Part shown: positions 51,556 to 64,000 of the stretch, in pieces
How the letters are laid out: each line of letters starts with the position of its first letter
Position numbering within the stretch: position 1 is the stretch's first letter
Assembly: GCA_025451035.1 (NCBI GenBank)
Contig: JANWLE010000069.1
Span: 13,483 to 77,482 of the forward strand
Length of the DNA: 64,000 bases
From: Solirubrobacteraceae bacterium
Lineage (GTDB): Bacteria; Actinomycetota; Thermoleophilia; Solirubrobacterales; Solirubrobacteraceae
Reading direction: 5' to 3'
Translations under genes and position numbers: made by a program
The notes under the pieces: model-generated
The model's database searches: none
Seen by the model: the letters and a program-made list of their open reading frames with translations, nothing else
Told to the model about the DNA's origin: nothing

Positions 51556-53232
51556 TCAGAGCGGCGTCCTGATAGCGCGCGCGCCGACTGCGAGTATCCC
51601 GCAGGCGATCGCCGAAACGATCAGGCCGTGTGGCGTAGTCGCCGGGGAATGGCCCGTGAAGCTGTGGGCCAGCCGATACTCGCCTAGGGCCAGGGCGCCC
51701 GCCCATAGGGTCGCGGCGACCATATCCACGGCGGCGCTGCGGCCACGCACGATCCACGGCAGAACGGTGCACGCGCCGGCCCACAGCACGCACCCGAAGA
51801 CAACGCCAAGCCCCAGCAGTGGGTAGATGATGTGTACCGCGCTTAGCTGCACCGATCCCTCCCAGGCACCTCTAGACAGGCTGTCAGGGGGAACGCCAAG
51901 CCACAAGCGATGAGGACTCAGCGGCTCGGCTAGCTCTAGCCACCAGTAGCCGAGCGCTGCGAGGTAGGCGCGCGAGCGCCAGCGCGAAGCCTGGCCGAAG
52001 ACAGCTGGGCATGCCCCGGCGAGCCCTACGAACCCGAAGGCGGGGGCAAGCGCGCCGATGAGAAATCCCGGTGTGCTGCGCCGTGGTAGGGCCAGGAGCG
52101 GCAGCGCGCCGGCGCTGAAGAGAAGAGCGACTCCCGCGTGACCGACAGCTAGCTGCCAGCCGATGAGTCCTACGGCACTCGCCCACCAGCAGACCCGGGG
52201 CAGCGCATACCAGCGCGGGCGGGGCCGCTCCCCGAAATCCGCCGACCTTTCCCGCCGCGGATATGAGAGCAGCGGGGCTGCCTGCTGCGGTGCTCTGCGA
52301 GCGCCGCCGGTCTTCTGGGCAGGCGCTCCGGCGAGCTCGCCAGCGATGTCCTCCAAGGAGGCGTGCAGTTGCGCCACGGTCCCGCGCCTAGCGGGGTCCG
52401 GGTCGAGCGCACGCCCGAGGGTGTCGCTCAGAGTCAGCGGCAGGTCGGCGCGCTCCCGCCGCAGGGGCGTGATCGGCTGGCCTAGGCGGCGTGCGGTCTC
52501 GGCCGGAGTTGCACCCCGTACAGGGTTGGCGCCGGTGAACGCCTCATACAACAGCAGCGCCAGCGAGTAGAGGTCAGCCTGCGGGCCCGCTCGCAGGCCT
52601 TCGCTTTGCTCGGGTGCCATGTAGGCGAGCGTGCCCAGCACGTCGCCGGTCAGCGTGAGCGCCTCTTCCCCGACCAGGCTCGCTCCGCCGAAGTCCGCGA
52701 GCTTGGCGATAGTGGTGTCGCTCGACGACCTGGCGGGCACGAGAACGTTTTGGGGCTTGACGTCCCGGTGAATGACGCCGCGGGCGTGGGCGTGTTCGAG
52801 GGCCGCCGTGAGCGCGAGGCCTATCTCAAGGATGTCCTGGTCGCAGAGCGCGTCTTCGGCGATCAAGTCCCTGAGCGTGTCGCCGTCGACTAGCTCGGAG
52901 ACGAGATAGAACTCGCCCGGGCCGGGATGCGCTTCCAAGAGCGCGACGATCGCGGGGTGCGACAGGCGGGCCGTGGCCTTGGCCTCCCGTTGGGCACGAC
53001 CCATGTCGCGGTCCGCCGGCAGCGGAATACGCTTGAGTGCGACCTCGCGATCCAGTCGTTCGTCATGGGCTCTCCACACCGCGGCAAAGCCGCCGCTGCC
53101 AAGGTGTTCGATCAGGCGATAGCGCCCGAGCAGAGTCTCGCCCTGGTCGCCAGCGGCGATCTGCTCCCGCGCGGGAGGCGCCCTGCGTCTGCGCTCGGAG
53201 CCGCCGTAGGCGACAGTTTGCAGAGAATCCAC
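51556..53232 (-). CDS. Ser/Thr protein kinase with a C-terminal polytopic membrane domain
   Basis: GSGGFAAVWRA, HRDVKPQN, DFG and APE motifs, then several hydrophobic segments. Confidence 0.85.
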   Translation of the reverse strand: MDSLQTVAYGGSERRRRAPPAREQIAAGDQGETLLGRYRLIEHLGSGGFAAVWRAHDERLDREVALKRIPLPADRDMGRAQREAKATARLSHPAIVALLEAHPGPGEFYLVSELVDGDTLRDLIAEDALCDQDILEIGLALTAALEHAHARGVIHRDVKPQNVLVPARSSSDTTIAKLADFGGASLVGEEALTLTGDVLGTLAYMAPEQSEGLRAGPQADLYSLALLLYEAFTGANPVRGATPAETARRLGQPITPLRRERADLPLTLSDTLGRALDPDPARRGTVAQLHASLEDIAGELAGAPAQKTGGARRAPQQAAPLLSYPRRERSADFGERPRPRWYALPRVCWWASAVGLIGWQLAVGHAGVALLFSAGALPLLALPRRSTPGFLIGALAPAFGFVGLAGACPAVFGQASRWRSRAYLAALGYWWLELAEPLSPHRLWLGVPPDSLSRGAWEGSVQLSAVHIIYPLLGLGVVFGCVLWAGACTVLPWIVRGRSAAVDMVAATLWAGALALGEYRLAHSFTGHSPATTPHGLIVSAIACGILAVGARAIRTPL

Positions 53233-53389
53233 CGTCTGCGCGTTCGCGTTCAGGTGCCTTTTCCCTGCCGCTTTCGGCTAAAACCTCGCATTGACCGAGA
53301 AATTGCAAGCATCTCAGTATCTGAGCCTGCAGTCATACTAGGGCTGCAACAGCAGCACCCTTTCCTCAAATCCCTGCAAGGAACATCTT

Positions 53390-54502
53390 TTGTCGTTCTT
53401 TGATGACGACGACGAGACGGCCTCGTCGCCCCCGAGACCTCCACGCAATCCCCCGCGGCCGCGGCCGGCGCAGCACGCCCGTTCTCACGTGGCGGCTGAT
53501 CAGCACACGCTGATGGTCCGCAGGCGGATCGCCTTTGGAGTCGGGCTGGCGCTTCTGATCCTGATCATCCTGATTATTGGCGGCTGCTTGAAAAGCCGCT
53601 CGCAGCAGGCGCTCGAAACGTACAACCAGCAGGTCAGCCAGATCGTCGGCGAATCCGACAGCCAAGTCTCTCGCGGGTTGTTCAGCGCTCTGGGGGGCGC
53701 TTCTGGAAGCACCCCCCAACAGGTGGAGCAGCGCATCAACGAATACCGCCAGCAAGCTCAGACGCAGGCCGCAAACGCCAAGGCGTTGAGCGTACCCTCA
53801 AGCATGCAGTCCGCCCAGCGTTACCTTTTGCTCGTACTCGATCTGCGCGAAGAGGCGCTCACCAAGATCGCCAATCTCGTTCCGAGCGCGCTCAGCGGCC
53901 AGAACTCCAACGCGACCACGGAAGTCGCTGGTGATATGGAGATCTTCCTGGCGTCGGACATCGTCTACTCCCAGCGTGTGGCTCCTCTGATACAGCAGGA
54001 GCTGAGGTCGAGCGGCGTCACCTCGCAGAGCACTGCCGCTAGCCATTTCTTGCCGAACCTCGGATGGCTTGATCCGACCACAGTGCAGCAGCGGCTGACC
54101 GGGCAAACGCCAACCGAAAACGGATCGGTCCCGCCGGGCAACTACGGTCACGAACTCGTTGGAGCGAGCGTGGGCGGCGTCAAGCTCGAACCCGAATCTA
54201 CGGAAACGCTGAACCACGTCAAAGCGGGATCCACTCCCACGCTGACGGTCGAAGTCAAGAACTCCGGCGAACACATCGAGCACGGCGTCAAGGTCGACGT
54301 GAAAGTCACCAGCAGTGGCCAGAGCAAGACCGAGTCGCACACGATCAACACGACCGAACCTGGGAAGACCGTGAACGTCGATATCCCCTTGGAAGGGGTG
54401 CCGCTCGGTAAGGCCTCCAAGCTCGAAGTCAAGATCGAGAAGGTGCCGGGCGAGGACGTGACCACTAACAACGAAGGCACTTATCTGGTTGTCTTCGAAT
54501 AG
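53390..54502 (+). CDS. Hypothetical single-pass membrane protein
   Basis: TTG start, an acidic/Pro-rich N-terminus, TM helix FGVGLALLILIILIIGG, and a beta-rich C-terminal end (CARDB-like by eye). Confidence 0.6.
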   Translation: MSFFDDDDETASSPPRPPRNPPRPRPAQHARSHVAADQHTLMVRRRIAFGVGLALLILIILIIGGCLKSRSQQALETYNQQVSQIVGESDSQVSRGLFSALGGASGSTPQQVEQRINEYRQQAQTQAANAKALSVPSSMQSAQRYLLLVLDLREEALTKIANLVPSALSGQNSNATTEVAGDMEIFLASDIVYSQRVAPLIQQELRSSGVTSQSTAASHFLPNLGWLDPTTVQQRLTGQTPTENGSVPPGNYGHELVGASVGGVKLEPESTETLNHVKAGSTPTLTVEVKNSGEHIEHGVKVDVKVTSSGQSKTESHTINTTEPGKTVNVDIPLEGVPLGKASKLEVKIEKVPGEDVTTNNEGTYLVVFE

Positions 54503-54609
54503 CGAGGTGGACTCGTCTCGTTCCGTCGTCACGAACCAGGCGAAACCACCTCTGCTATGGCGCTCGCCGCGCGACGTCCCGAGCCGCGAGTGGGCAAACT
54601 TAGGGGCAG

Positions 54610-55140
54610 GTGAGCGCCTCGATCACAGACACCACCGGCATCATTGCGATCGCAGCCGCCGCTGTCGCCCTGCTGGCGCTGGCTGTCTGCGTAACGCTCG
54701 TGATCTCGCTGCGGCGAGTCAGGGCGGACCAGCGCGCTGTTCTCGGCGAGCGTGAGCCGCGTGACCTGATCGCCCACGCGCATGAGCTGCAGGGTGCCTT
54801 CGATTCGCTGCGAGAGTACGTAGAGCAAATCGCGCTGCGTCTCGACGGGCGCCTAGCGCAAGCAGAGTCCGATCTGCAGGGCGCGATCGCTCATACCGCG
54901 TTGGTTCGCTACGACGCCTACAACGAGCTCTCGGGCCGCCAGTCGATGTCGATCGCCCTACTCGACAGCGACCGCTCGGGGATCGTTCTGTCCTGCATCC
55001 ACCACCGCGACCAGGCGCGCGTGTACGGCAAGCTCGTGCGCGACGGACAGAGCGAACTGGAGTTCTCGCCCGAGGAGGCCGAGGCTGTGCGCTTGGCGCT
55101 TTCGCCGTCCTCGGTGGACGATCCGGATCAGCCGAGCTGA
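54610..55140 (+). CDS. DUF4446 family protein
   Basis: N-terminal TM helix. LVRYDAYNELSGRQSMSIALLD..GIVLSCIHHRDQARVY pattern. Confidence 0.7.
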   Translation: MSASITDTTGIIAIAAAAVALLALAVCVTLVISLRRVRADQRAVLGEREPRDLIAHAHELQGAFDSLREYVEQIALRLDGRLAQAESDLQGAIAHTALVRYDAYNELSGRQSMSIALLDSDRSGIVLSCIHHRDQARVYGKLVRDGQSELEFSPEEAEAVRLALSPSSVDDPDQPS

Positions 55141-55151
55141 CCGACGTTCTC

Positions 55152-56012
55152 GTGAGACCCAGTGTCGCCTATCTAGGACCGCAGGGAACCTTCAGCGAGG
55201 AGGCCCTGATCGCGGGTGCGCAAGCCGACTCGGTAGAGCCGGTCGCCTGCGAAACGATCTACGACGCCGTGATGGCGGTCGACGGCGGTGAGGTCGAGTT
55301 CGCGCTCGTGCCGATCGAGAACTCCCTCGAGGGGTCGGTGACAGTCACCTTGGACACCCTCGTCGGCGACGGCGTACACACGAGGATCGTTGGCGAGACG
55401 CTGCTGGCAGTCCGTCACTGTTTGATCGCGAGCGAGCCAGTTGAGCTAGCCGAGATCGACACGGTGATCTCCCACCCGCATGTGCCGGGGCAGTGCGCGC
55501 GCTTCTTGCGCGGCGAGCTTGCTCACGCGCACGTCAGGGCCGCGAGTTCGACCGCCGAGGCTGTCAGGCAGGTCGCTGAGGCACGAGCTCACGGCTGGGC
55601 GGCGATCGGCACGCGCCTGGCCGCGGAGATCTATGGATGCGAAGTTCTGCGCGAAGGTATCCAGGATCGCTCGGATAACGAGACGCGCTTCGTGTGGTTG
55701 GCAAGAAACGGCGCTGGCCAAGCGCCGCTCATCGCGCCGCCCGGGCCGCGACCGCTGAAGACGTCGCTTGTGTTCTGGGGGCCAGGTGCCGACCATCCCG
55801 GCTGGCTGGTGCGCTGTCTGAGCGAGTTCGCCGACCGCGAGATCAACCTGACGAAGATCGAGTCACGCCCGCAGCGTGAGCGCTCATGGCGCTACATGTT
55901 CTTCCTCGACATGGAGGGCGCGGTCGGCGAGGAGCGCATCGATGCGGCGATCGGTGGCCTGCGAGGCCGCTGTGAAGTGGTGCGTGTGCTCGGTTCCTAT
56001 CAAGCCGCGTGA
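55152..56012 (+). CDS. pheA: Prephenate dehydratase
   Basis: VAYLGPQGTFSEEA, VPIENSLEGSV, and a C-terminal ACT region with the ESRP motif (TKIESRPQR). Confidence 0.9.
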   Translation: MRPSVAYLGPQGTFSEEALIAGAQADSVEPVACETIYDAVMAVDGGEVEFALVPIENSLEGSVTVTLDTLVGDGVHTRIVGETLLAVRHCLIASEPVELAEIDTVISHPHVPGQCARFLRGELAHAHVRAASSTAEAVRQVAEARAHGWAAIGTRLAAEIYGCEVLREGIQDRSDNETRFVWLARNGAGQAPLIAPPGPRPLKTSLVFWGPGADHPGWLVRCLSEFADREINLTKIESRPQRERSWRYMFFLDMEGAVGEERIDAAIGGLRGRCEVVRVLGSYQAA

Positions 56013-56063
56013 GATCACCAGACTCGGGCGGGGGCCGCTCACGCTACACTCCGGCGCAACCAC

Positions 56064-56657
56064 ATGGAGAGCACCGTACCCCCTGTCCCATCGGGGTCCG
56101 CGTCGTTTTCCGAGTACCGGCGACGCGGACTCAGGCCGCCGCTGAACGCGGTAGGCGGACGGGTGCTCGTCCTGAACGCAACGTACGAGCCGATCAACGT
56201 CTGTTCGGTGAAGCGTGCGGTGGTGCTGCTGCTCAAGGAGCGCGCCGAGTTGCTCGAGCGCGGGAGGTGGGAACTCCACTCGGAGCATTCGACGCTCGCA
56301 CGACCAGTCGTTATCCGCTTGGTCAGCTACGTGCACGTCCCCCGCGACGCCCACCGGCGCAAAATCACTCGCCGCGCGGTCTTCGCGCGCGACGAGTGGA
56401 CCTGCCAGTACTGCGGTTCGCGGTCCAACCTGACCGTCGACCATGTGATCCCGCGCTCCAAGGGTGGCTCCTCGAGCTGGGAGAACATTGTGGCGTCGTG
56501 CGCACCATGCAACCGTCGTAAGGGAGACCGCTTGCCCAAGCAGGCGGGCATGCATCCGCGCAGGTCGCCGAAGATCCCACACAGCGGCATATTCATCCAA
56601 GTCGCCAGCCCGAGCATTCCGGCTGCGTGGCGCCAGTACCTACCGCGGGCTGCCTGA
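56064..56657 (+). CDS. HNH endonuclease
   Basis: CQYCGSRSNLTVDHVIPRSKGGSSSWENIVASCAPCNRRKG. Confidence 0.85.
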   Translation: MESTVPPVPSGSASFSEYRRRGLRPPLNAVGGRVLVLNATYEPINVCSVKRAVVLLLKERAELLERGRWELHSEHSTLARPVVIRLVSYVHVPRDAHRRKITRRAVFARDEWTCQYCGSRSNLTVDHVIPRSKGGSSSWENIVASCAPCNRRKGDRLPKQAGMHPRRSPKIPHSGIFIQVASPSIPAAWRQYLPRAA

Positions 56658-56660
56658 AAA

Positions 56661-56695
56661 AGCTAGGGAGCGCCCTCGACTGGCGCCCCCTAGCT
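56661..56695 (-). terminator. Intrinsic terminator closing the gyrB-gyrA transcript plus a ~260-nt trailer (may also stop the convergent HNH gene)
   Basis: A 14-bp stem, AGCTAGGGAGCGCC / GGCGCCCCCTAGCT, with one mismatch and a 7-nt loop. On the minus strand a T run (rc of A56657-56661) follows. Confidence 0.6.
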
Positions 56696-56922
56696 ACAGC
56701 GCTGACTGGAAATCCGATACGACCTAGTTGAGCCGGAGGGACCAGAGCCGGCGGTCGTCTCGGGGTGTCCCGGGTTGGATTCCGCTAAGCGGTCCAGCCT
56801 GTCCGACCTAGCGGCCGGTCACCTCCAGGGTCCCGTAAGAACTGTCACTCAAGATTAGGACCACCTCCTTTCTCTGGTCCATCCAGAGTAGCGGACGCTG
56901 GTGACGATAGGAGCAGATTCGC

Positions 56923-59415
56923 TTAGGAGATCGGCTCGTCCGCGTCGGGTATGACGGTGTCCTCCGCTGAGTCGACAACGGCAGCGACTGCACTCACGAC
57001 ATCATCGTCACGCAGGTTCATCAAACGCACGCCCTGCGAGGCGCGCCCATAGCGGTTGATGCCGCGCACCGTGGTGCGCTGAACCATGCCCGTGCTCGAG
57101 ATGAACACGAGCTCCTCGTGCTCGCGCACCACGAGCGCGCCGGCGAGCGCGCCCTTGCGGTCGGTGAGCGTGATCGTCTTGACGCCCATGGTTGCCCTGC
57201 TCTTGCGCGGATAGTCGGCCAGCGCGGTGCGCTTGCCGTAGCCGTTCTCGGTCACGACGAGAAGCTCCTGGTCGTCACGGGCGACGTCCATGGAGATCAC
57301 CGCGTTGCCCTTCTGCGAGACGTTCATACCCTTCACGCCCGAGGTGTCCCTACCCATCGAGCGGACCTGAGACTCGTGGAAGCGCGCCGCCTGGCCCGAG
57401 CGCGACACCATCAAAATGTCGTCGTCACCGCCCGTGCGCCGCACCGCGACGAGCTCGTCGTCATCGCGGATCTTGATCGCGATGATCCCGTCCGCGTTGA
57501 TCGGGGTGTTGTAGAGCTTGAACTCGGTCTTCTTGACCATCCCCTGCCTGGTCGCGAAAAGCAGATGCTTGCCCTCCGAGTAATCGCGCGTAGCCAGCAC
57601 AGACTGCACGCGCTCGCCCTCGCGCAGCGGGAGCACGTTCACAAGCGCTCTTCCCTTCGCTGTGCGAGAGGCCTCGGGCAGTTCATACACCTTTGAGCGG
57701 TACACCTTGCCGCGGTTGGTGAAGAACAGCAGGTAGTCGTGTGTCGAGCAGATGAACAGGTGCTCGATGAAGTCACCGTCCTTCATGTCCATTCCGGTTA
57801 TCCCGCGTCCACCACGGTGCTGCTGGCGGTAGGTGGCGAGCGGCAGCGACTTGATGTAGCCGGTGTTCGTGATCGTGATCACCATCTGCTGATCGGCAAT
57901 CAAATCCTCGATGTCGATCTCGTCCTCGGAGTGGGTTATCTCCGTGCGGCGCTCATCGCCAAAGCGCTCCCCGATCTCCGAAAGCTCCTCCTTGATGACG
58001 CCCAGCACGCGGCTCTCGTCGCCGAGGATCGCGCGCAGCTCGGCGATCCGCTCAGTGACGTCGGTGTGCTCCTGCTTGATCGCGTCCGCCTCGAGCGCCG
58101 TCAGCTGGGAGAGGCGCAGGTCGAGGATCGCGGTCGCCTGGATGGCGCTCAGCTCGAAGCGCTCGACGAGCTGTTCGCGGGCCGCTTCGCGGTCGCGTGA
58201 GGCCCTGATCAGATCAATGATCGCGTCCAGGTTCTCCAGGGCGACGAGCAGTCCCTCGAGGATGTGCGCGCGCGCCTCCTTCTCGCTCAGCTCGTGCTTG
58301 GTGCGTCTGACGATCACCTCGCGCTGATGGGCGACGTAGTTGTGGATCATCGCCCTCAGGTTCAGCGTGCGCGGAACGTTGTCGACGAGCGCGACCATGT
58401 TCACGCCGAATGTGCTCTGCATCGGCGTGTGCTTGTAGAGCTTGTTCAGCACGACCTTCGGGATCGCGTCGCGCTTGAGCTCAATCACCAGTCGCATGCC
58501 GCGCTTGTCTGACTCGTCGCGCAGGTCGGAGATCTCGGGGATCTTCTTGTCGTGCACCAGATCGGCGATCTTCTGGATCAGACCGCCGTCACCGCCCTTC
58601 TTGACCATGAAGGGCAGCTCGGTGACGACGATCGCCTCCTTGCCCTGCTTGAGCGGCTCGATGTGGGCCTTGGCCTGAACACGGACCCGACCGCGTCCGG
58701 TCTCATACGCATCGCGGATGCCCGCGCGTCCGAGAATCACGCCCCCCGTGGGGAAGTCGGGGCCCTTGACGTGAGCCATCAGGCCATCCAGGTCGGTGTC
58801 GGGATCCTCGATGTAGGCGATCGTGGCGCCGATCACCTCGCGGAGGTTGTGGGGCGGGATGTTGGTGGCCATGCCTACCGCGATCCCGGAGGAGCCGTTG
58901 ACGAGCAGGTTGGGAAAGCGCGAGGGAAGGACCGTCGGTTCCTGGCGAGAGCCGTCGTAGTTGGGCACGAAGTCGACCGTGTCCATGTCGAGGTCGCGCA
59001 ACATCTCCGTGGCTATGCGGGCCAGCCTTGCCTCCGTGTAGCGCATCGCGGCTGCCGGGTCGTCATCGACCGAGCCGAAGTTACCCTGGCCGTCGACCAG
59101 CTCGTAGCGCATCGAGAAGTCCTGGGCCATGCGTACTAGCGTGTCGTAGATGGCCGAGTCGCCGTGGGGGTGATAGTTGCCCATCACCTCGCCCACGATC
59201 TTGGCGCACTTGGAGTAGGGCCGGGTCGGCCCGAGACCGAGCTCGTTCATCGCGTACAGCACGCGGCGGTGAACCGGCTTCAGGCCGTCGCGCACGTCGG
59301 GCAGCGCGCGCCCGACGATCACCGACATGGCGTAGTCGAGATACGCGGTGCGCATCTCCTCCTCGAGGGCGCGCGGCTCGATGTTGCCGCCACTCAATGT
59401 GTCAGGCGTAGCCAT
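56923..59415 (-). CDS. gyrA: DNA gyrase subunit A
   Basis: [28 protein letters not shown], with the active-site region ...AAMRYTE... 830 aa. Confidence 0.97.
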   Translation of the reverse strand: MATPDTLSGGNIEPRALEEEMRTAYLDYAMSVIVGRALPDVRDGLKPVHRRVLYAMNELGLGPTRPYSKCAKIVGEVMGNYHPHGDSAIYDTLVRMAQDFSMRYELVDGQGNFGSVDDDPAAAMRYTEARLARIATEMLRDLDMDTVDFVPNYDGSRQEPTVLPSRFPNLLVNGSSGIAVGMATNIPPHNLREVIGATIAYIEDPDTDLDGLMAHVKGPDFPTGGVILGRAGIRDAYETGRGRVRVQAKAHIEPLKQGKEAIVVTELPFMVKKGGDGGLIQKIADLVHDKKIPEISDLRDESDKRGMRLVIELKRDAIPKVVLNKLYKHTPMQSTFGVNMVALVDNVPRTLNLRAMIHNYVAHQREVIVRRTKHELSEKEARAHILEGLLVALENLDAIIDLIRASRDREAAREQLVERFELSAIQATAILDLRLSQLTALEADAIKQEHTDVTERIAELRAILGDESRVLGVIKEELSEIGERFGDERRTEITHSEDEIDIEDLIADQQMVITITNTGYIKSLPLATYRQQHRGGRGITGMDMKDGDFIEHLFICSTHDYLLFFTNRGKVYRSKVYELPEASRTAKGRALVNVLPLREGERVQSVLATRDYSEGKHLLFATRQGMVKKTEFKLYNTPINADGIIAIKIRDDDELVAVRRTGGDDDILMVSRSGQAARFHESQVRSMGRDTSGVKGMNVSQKGNAVISMDVARDDQELLVVTENGYGKRTALADYPRKSRATMGVKTITLTDRKGALAGALVVREHEELVFISSTGMVQRTTVRGINRYGRASQGVRLMNLRDDDVVSAVAAVVDSAEDTVIPDADEPIS

Positions 59416-59430
59416 GCTCGATCCCCCCTT

Positions 59431-61938
<2,508 letters not shown>

Positions 61939-62366
61939 CTACCTACACCACAGCCGGGGCGGAGAAATGCTTTGAATAAGGATAGCACAGACGGTGGCCG
62001 TACCGACCTCCGCGGCCGCAGCTAAAAGCCTGCAAATTCCCGCTAAATAGGACAATTCTGGGGGGCTCTCGCCGGGGCCGCGTCGTGTGCTTTGGGCGGT
62101 CCTCTGGATGGTCGTTGGGCGCGCTTTGCGGCCGGCTCTCAGAAACCGTTGCCTATATACACGGCGCCGCGCAAGATCGGTCCGTGCGCTGGGTGAACGA
62201 ACCATGTGGCAACAAGGCAGATAGAGATGTCCACTGCTGGCCAAAGAGGGGCGGGACGGCACAGATAGTGGCCCTGACCAAACGCGCGCTCAACAGGGCT
62301 TGGCGGTCGCCGGTCAACCGTGCAGATCAGTGAACGATTCAGCTTTCAAGTAGGCGGGCTGCACCA

Positions 62367-62684
62367 TCATGATCTGTCGCAGATTTTTGAATAGGGCGCA
62401 AAAGCACGACTCCGCGAGGGCGGCCTTGAAAGCCGCGCGATGAATTGGTCCGCGTGCCGACGAAACGGCATCGTCGTGGCAAACACTTTCCTGTCTCTCG
62501 GCACGCTAGGATCGCTGATGTGCCGCAAGCCCTCGATTCCTACGCGCGGGTAGGCTCTTTCCGAAAAGCCGAGTTGGTACATGCCGGCGGCGACTAGCGC
62601 CACGCTCGATGGGTCTCGCCGCCCCGGGTTGCGTTCACTGCCTGTGGGCATGATCTTGACATGTGCAAATCGCCTAAGCGTCAC
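62367..62684 (-). CDS. Doubtful hypothetical ORF
   Basis: The only ORF over 100 aa in the ~790-bp gap between gyrB and tkt. It uses many codons that are rare in this window (AGG, AGA, CGA, AAA, TTT), and I recognise no family. Confidence 0.25.
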   Translation of the reverse strand: MTLRRFAHVKIMPTGSERNPGRRDPSSVALVAAGMYQLGFSERAYPRVGIEGLRHISDPSVPRDRKVFATTMPFRRHADQFIARLSRPPSRSRAFAPYSKICDRS

Positions 62685-62719
62685 CTCACGCCAGTGAGAT
62701 GGTCAGGGTCAAATCACCC

Positions 62720-64000
62720 ATGAGCCCGTCCGACATTCGCAAGCTCTCGATCGACACGATCAGGGCGCTGGCGATGGACGCTGTCCAAAAGGCCCAGTCG
62801 GGCCATCCGGGCACGGCTATGGCGCTCGCGCCACTCGCCTACACCCTCTACAGGCATGTGCTTCGCCTCAACCCGGCCGACACGAGCTGGATCGATCGAG
62901 ACCGCTTCGTTCTGAGCGCCGGCCACGCGTGCGTGCTGCAGTACTCGATGCTCCACCTCACGGGCTATGACCTGTCGATCGAGGACCTGAAGAGCTTTCG
63001 CCAGTGGGGCTCCCGCACACCGGGCCATCCCGAGCGCGGGCACACGCCCGGCATCGAGGTCACGACCGGCCCGCTCGGGCAGGGCGTGAGCAACGCCGTT
63101 GGCATGGCGATGGCGGAGCGCTTCCTCGCCGAGCGCTTCAACCGGCCTGGCCTGGAGGTCATCGACCACCACACCTACGCGATCTGCTCGGACGGGGATC
63201 TCATGGAGGGCGTCAGCCAGGAGGCCGCCTCGATCGCCGGCCACCTCGGATTGGGCAGGCTGATCGTCTGCTACGACGACAACCGCATCACCATCGATGG
63301 GACCACCTCCATCTCCTTCGATGGGGAGAACCACGCCGCGCGCCTGACGGCCGATGGGTGGCACGTGCAGAGCGTGGACGACTCGGAGGACACCGATGCG
63401 CTCCATGCGGCTCTGACCGCCGCGCGCGAGGAAGGGGAGCGTCCCTCCTTCATCCAGATTCGCTCCCACATCGCCTACCCCGCGCCCAACGCGGTCGACA
63501 CAGCCAAAGCCCATGGGGCGCCGCTCGGCGAGGAGGAGGTGCGGGCGACCAAGGAAGTCATGGGCTTCGATCCGGACCGCTCCTTCGATGTCGATCAGGG
63601 CGTCTACGAGCACATGAGCCTGCGCGACTCCGGCGCCGCCGCACAGACTGGCTGGCAGGAGCGTGAGCAGGCCTGGCGCGAGCGCTATCCCGAGCTCGCG
63701 TCGGAGTGGGACGGCGCGCTGGCCGGGCGCTTGCGAGAGGGCTGGCAGCAGGCGCTTCCGAGCTTCGAGGCCGGCGAGAAGATCGCCACGCGCGCGGCCG
63801 GCCAGAAGGCGATGGCCGCCTTCAGCGACTTCGCGCCGACGATGGTCGGCGGGGCCGCCGATCTGGTGGAGTCCACCAAGACGACCTTCAAGGGGGGCGG
63901 GCAGTTCTCGCGCGTGCACGCCGGACGCAACGTGGCGTTCGGCATCCGCGAGCACGCGATGGGAGCGATCGTCAACGGGCTCGCCGCCCACGGCGGAATC
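62720..64000 (+). CDS. tkt: Transketolase, 5' part (runs off the right edge; absent from the supplied ORF track)
   Basis: My own translation from ATG 62720 reads [44 protein letters not shown]...[21 protein letters not shown]...RTPGHPE...[12 protein letters not shown]. The frame is open to position 64000. Confidence 0.92.
   Translation, partial: MSPSDIRKLSIDTIRALAMDAVQKAQSGHPGTAMALAPLAYTLYRHVLRLNPADTSWIDRDRFVLSAGHACVLQYSMLHLTGYDLSIEDLKSFRQWGSRTPGHPERGHTPGIEVTTGPLGQGVSNAVGMAMAERFLAERFNRPGLEVIDHHTYAICSDGDLMEGVSQEAASIAGHLGLGRLIVCYDDNRITIDGTTSISFDGENHAARLTADGWHVQSVDDSEDTDALHAALTAAREEGERPSFIQIRSHIAYPAPNAVDTAKAHGAPLGEEEVRATKEVMGFDPDRSFDVDQGVYEHMSLRDSGAAAQTGWQEREQAWRERYPELASEWDGALAGRLREGWQQALPSFEAGEKIATRAAGQKAMAAFSDFAPTMVGGAADLVESTKTTFKGGGQFSRVHAGRNVAFGIREHAMGAIVNGLAAHGGI

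Noticed and set aside
56700-56860. A tRNA or SRP/4.5S-like RNA between the HNH gene and gyrA
   Set aside because: I could not build a cloverleaf: there is no matching acceptor or T-arm pair. I also could not find the conserved SRP domain IV motif on either strand. I kept it only as an unexplained structured trailer.
62714-63991. 425-aa minus-strand ORF, and a 220-aa plus-strand ORF at 63004..63666
   Set aside because: Both are high-GC shadow frames of the transketolase gene. The tkt frame (ATG 62720, open to the window end) gives an unmistakable Tkt N-terminus. The shadow translations are Arg/Gly/Ala-rich with no motifs.

Overview
High-GC Actinomycetota-type chromosomal segment. The lineage call rests on the fhaA-fhaB-pstP-pbpA-pknB cluster, gyrB-gyrA, ddl, pyrE, pheA and tkt, and cannot be refined without a search. 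The window has two parts.

(1) Positions 1 to ~20302 are the right-hand part of an integrated mobile element or defence island with mosaic GC. It carries a conjugation-type module: a P-loop coupling ATPase running off the left edge, a Replic_Relax protein and an HTH protein. Cargo genes follow: VOC, an ECF-type sigma factor with YciI, and a SAM methyltransferase. Next is an AT-rich non-coding stretch with a heptamer microsatellite and a ~215-bp imperfect palindrome. After that comes a tightly coupled 4-gene cassette built around a QueC-fold (QatC-like) PP-loop ATPase, an XRE/ImmA metallopeptidase and a PIN nuclease. A candidate type-I-toxin-like small ORF follows, with an SD/anti-SD hairpin. 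Then there is an Eco29kI-family R-M system with Vsr. Last is a lower-GC block encoding a membrane-anchored GNMT-like methyltransferase, a metallophosphoesterase and a DUF262 protein. The island ends at a 42-nt 3' half of tRNA-Ile(GAU), an att-type remnant.

(2) Positions ~20300 to 64000 look like core genome. They hold a cupin gene, a G15 tract, pyrE, redox and hydrolase genes, and a ~14-kb cell-envelope glycan cluster. That cluster includes an ATP-grasp protein, a priming sugar transferase, GT2/GT4 transferases, a flippase, an O-antigen-ligase-like protein, a ComA-family protein, a CapD-like protein and a DUF354 protein. Further along are dedA, uppP, three Ser/Thr kinases, ddl, pbpA, a PP2C phosphatase, two FHA proteins, pheA, an HNH endonuclease, gyrA, a long-form gyrB and the 5' part of tkt.

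The supplied ORF track omits ORFs that run off the window edges (1..845 minus, 62720..64000 plus). It also contains many high-GC shadow ORFs and over-extended N-termini. All product calls come from motif and family recognition by eye. No database search was run.
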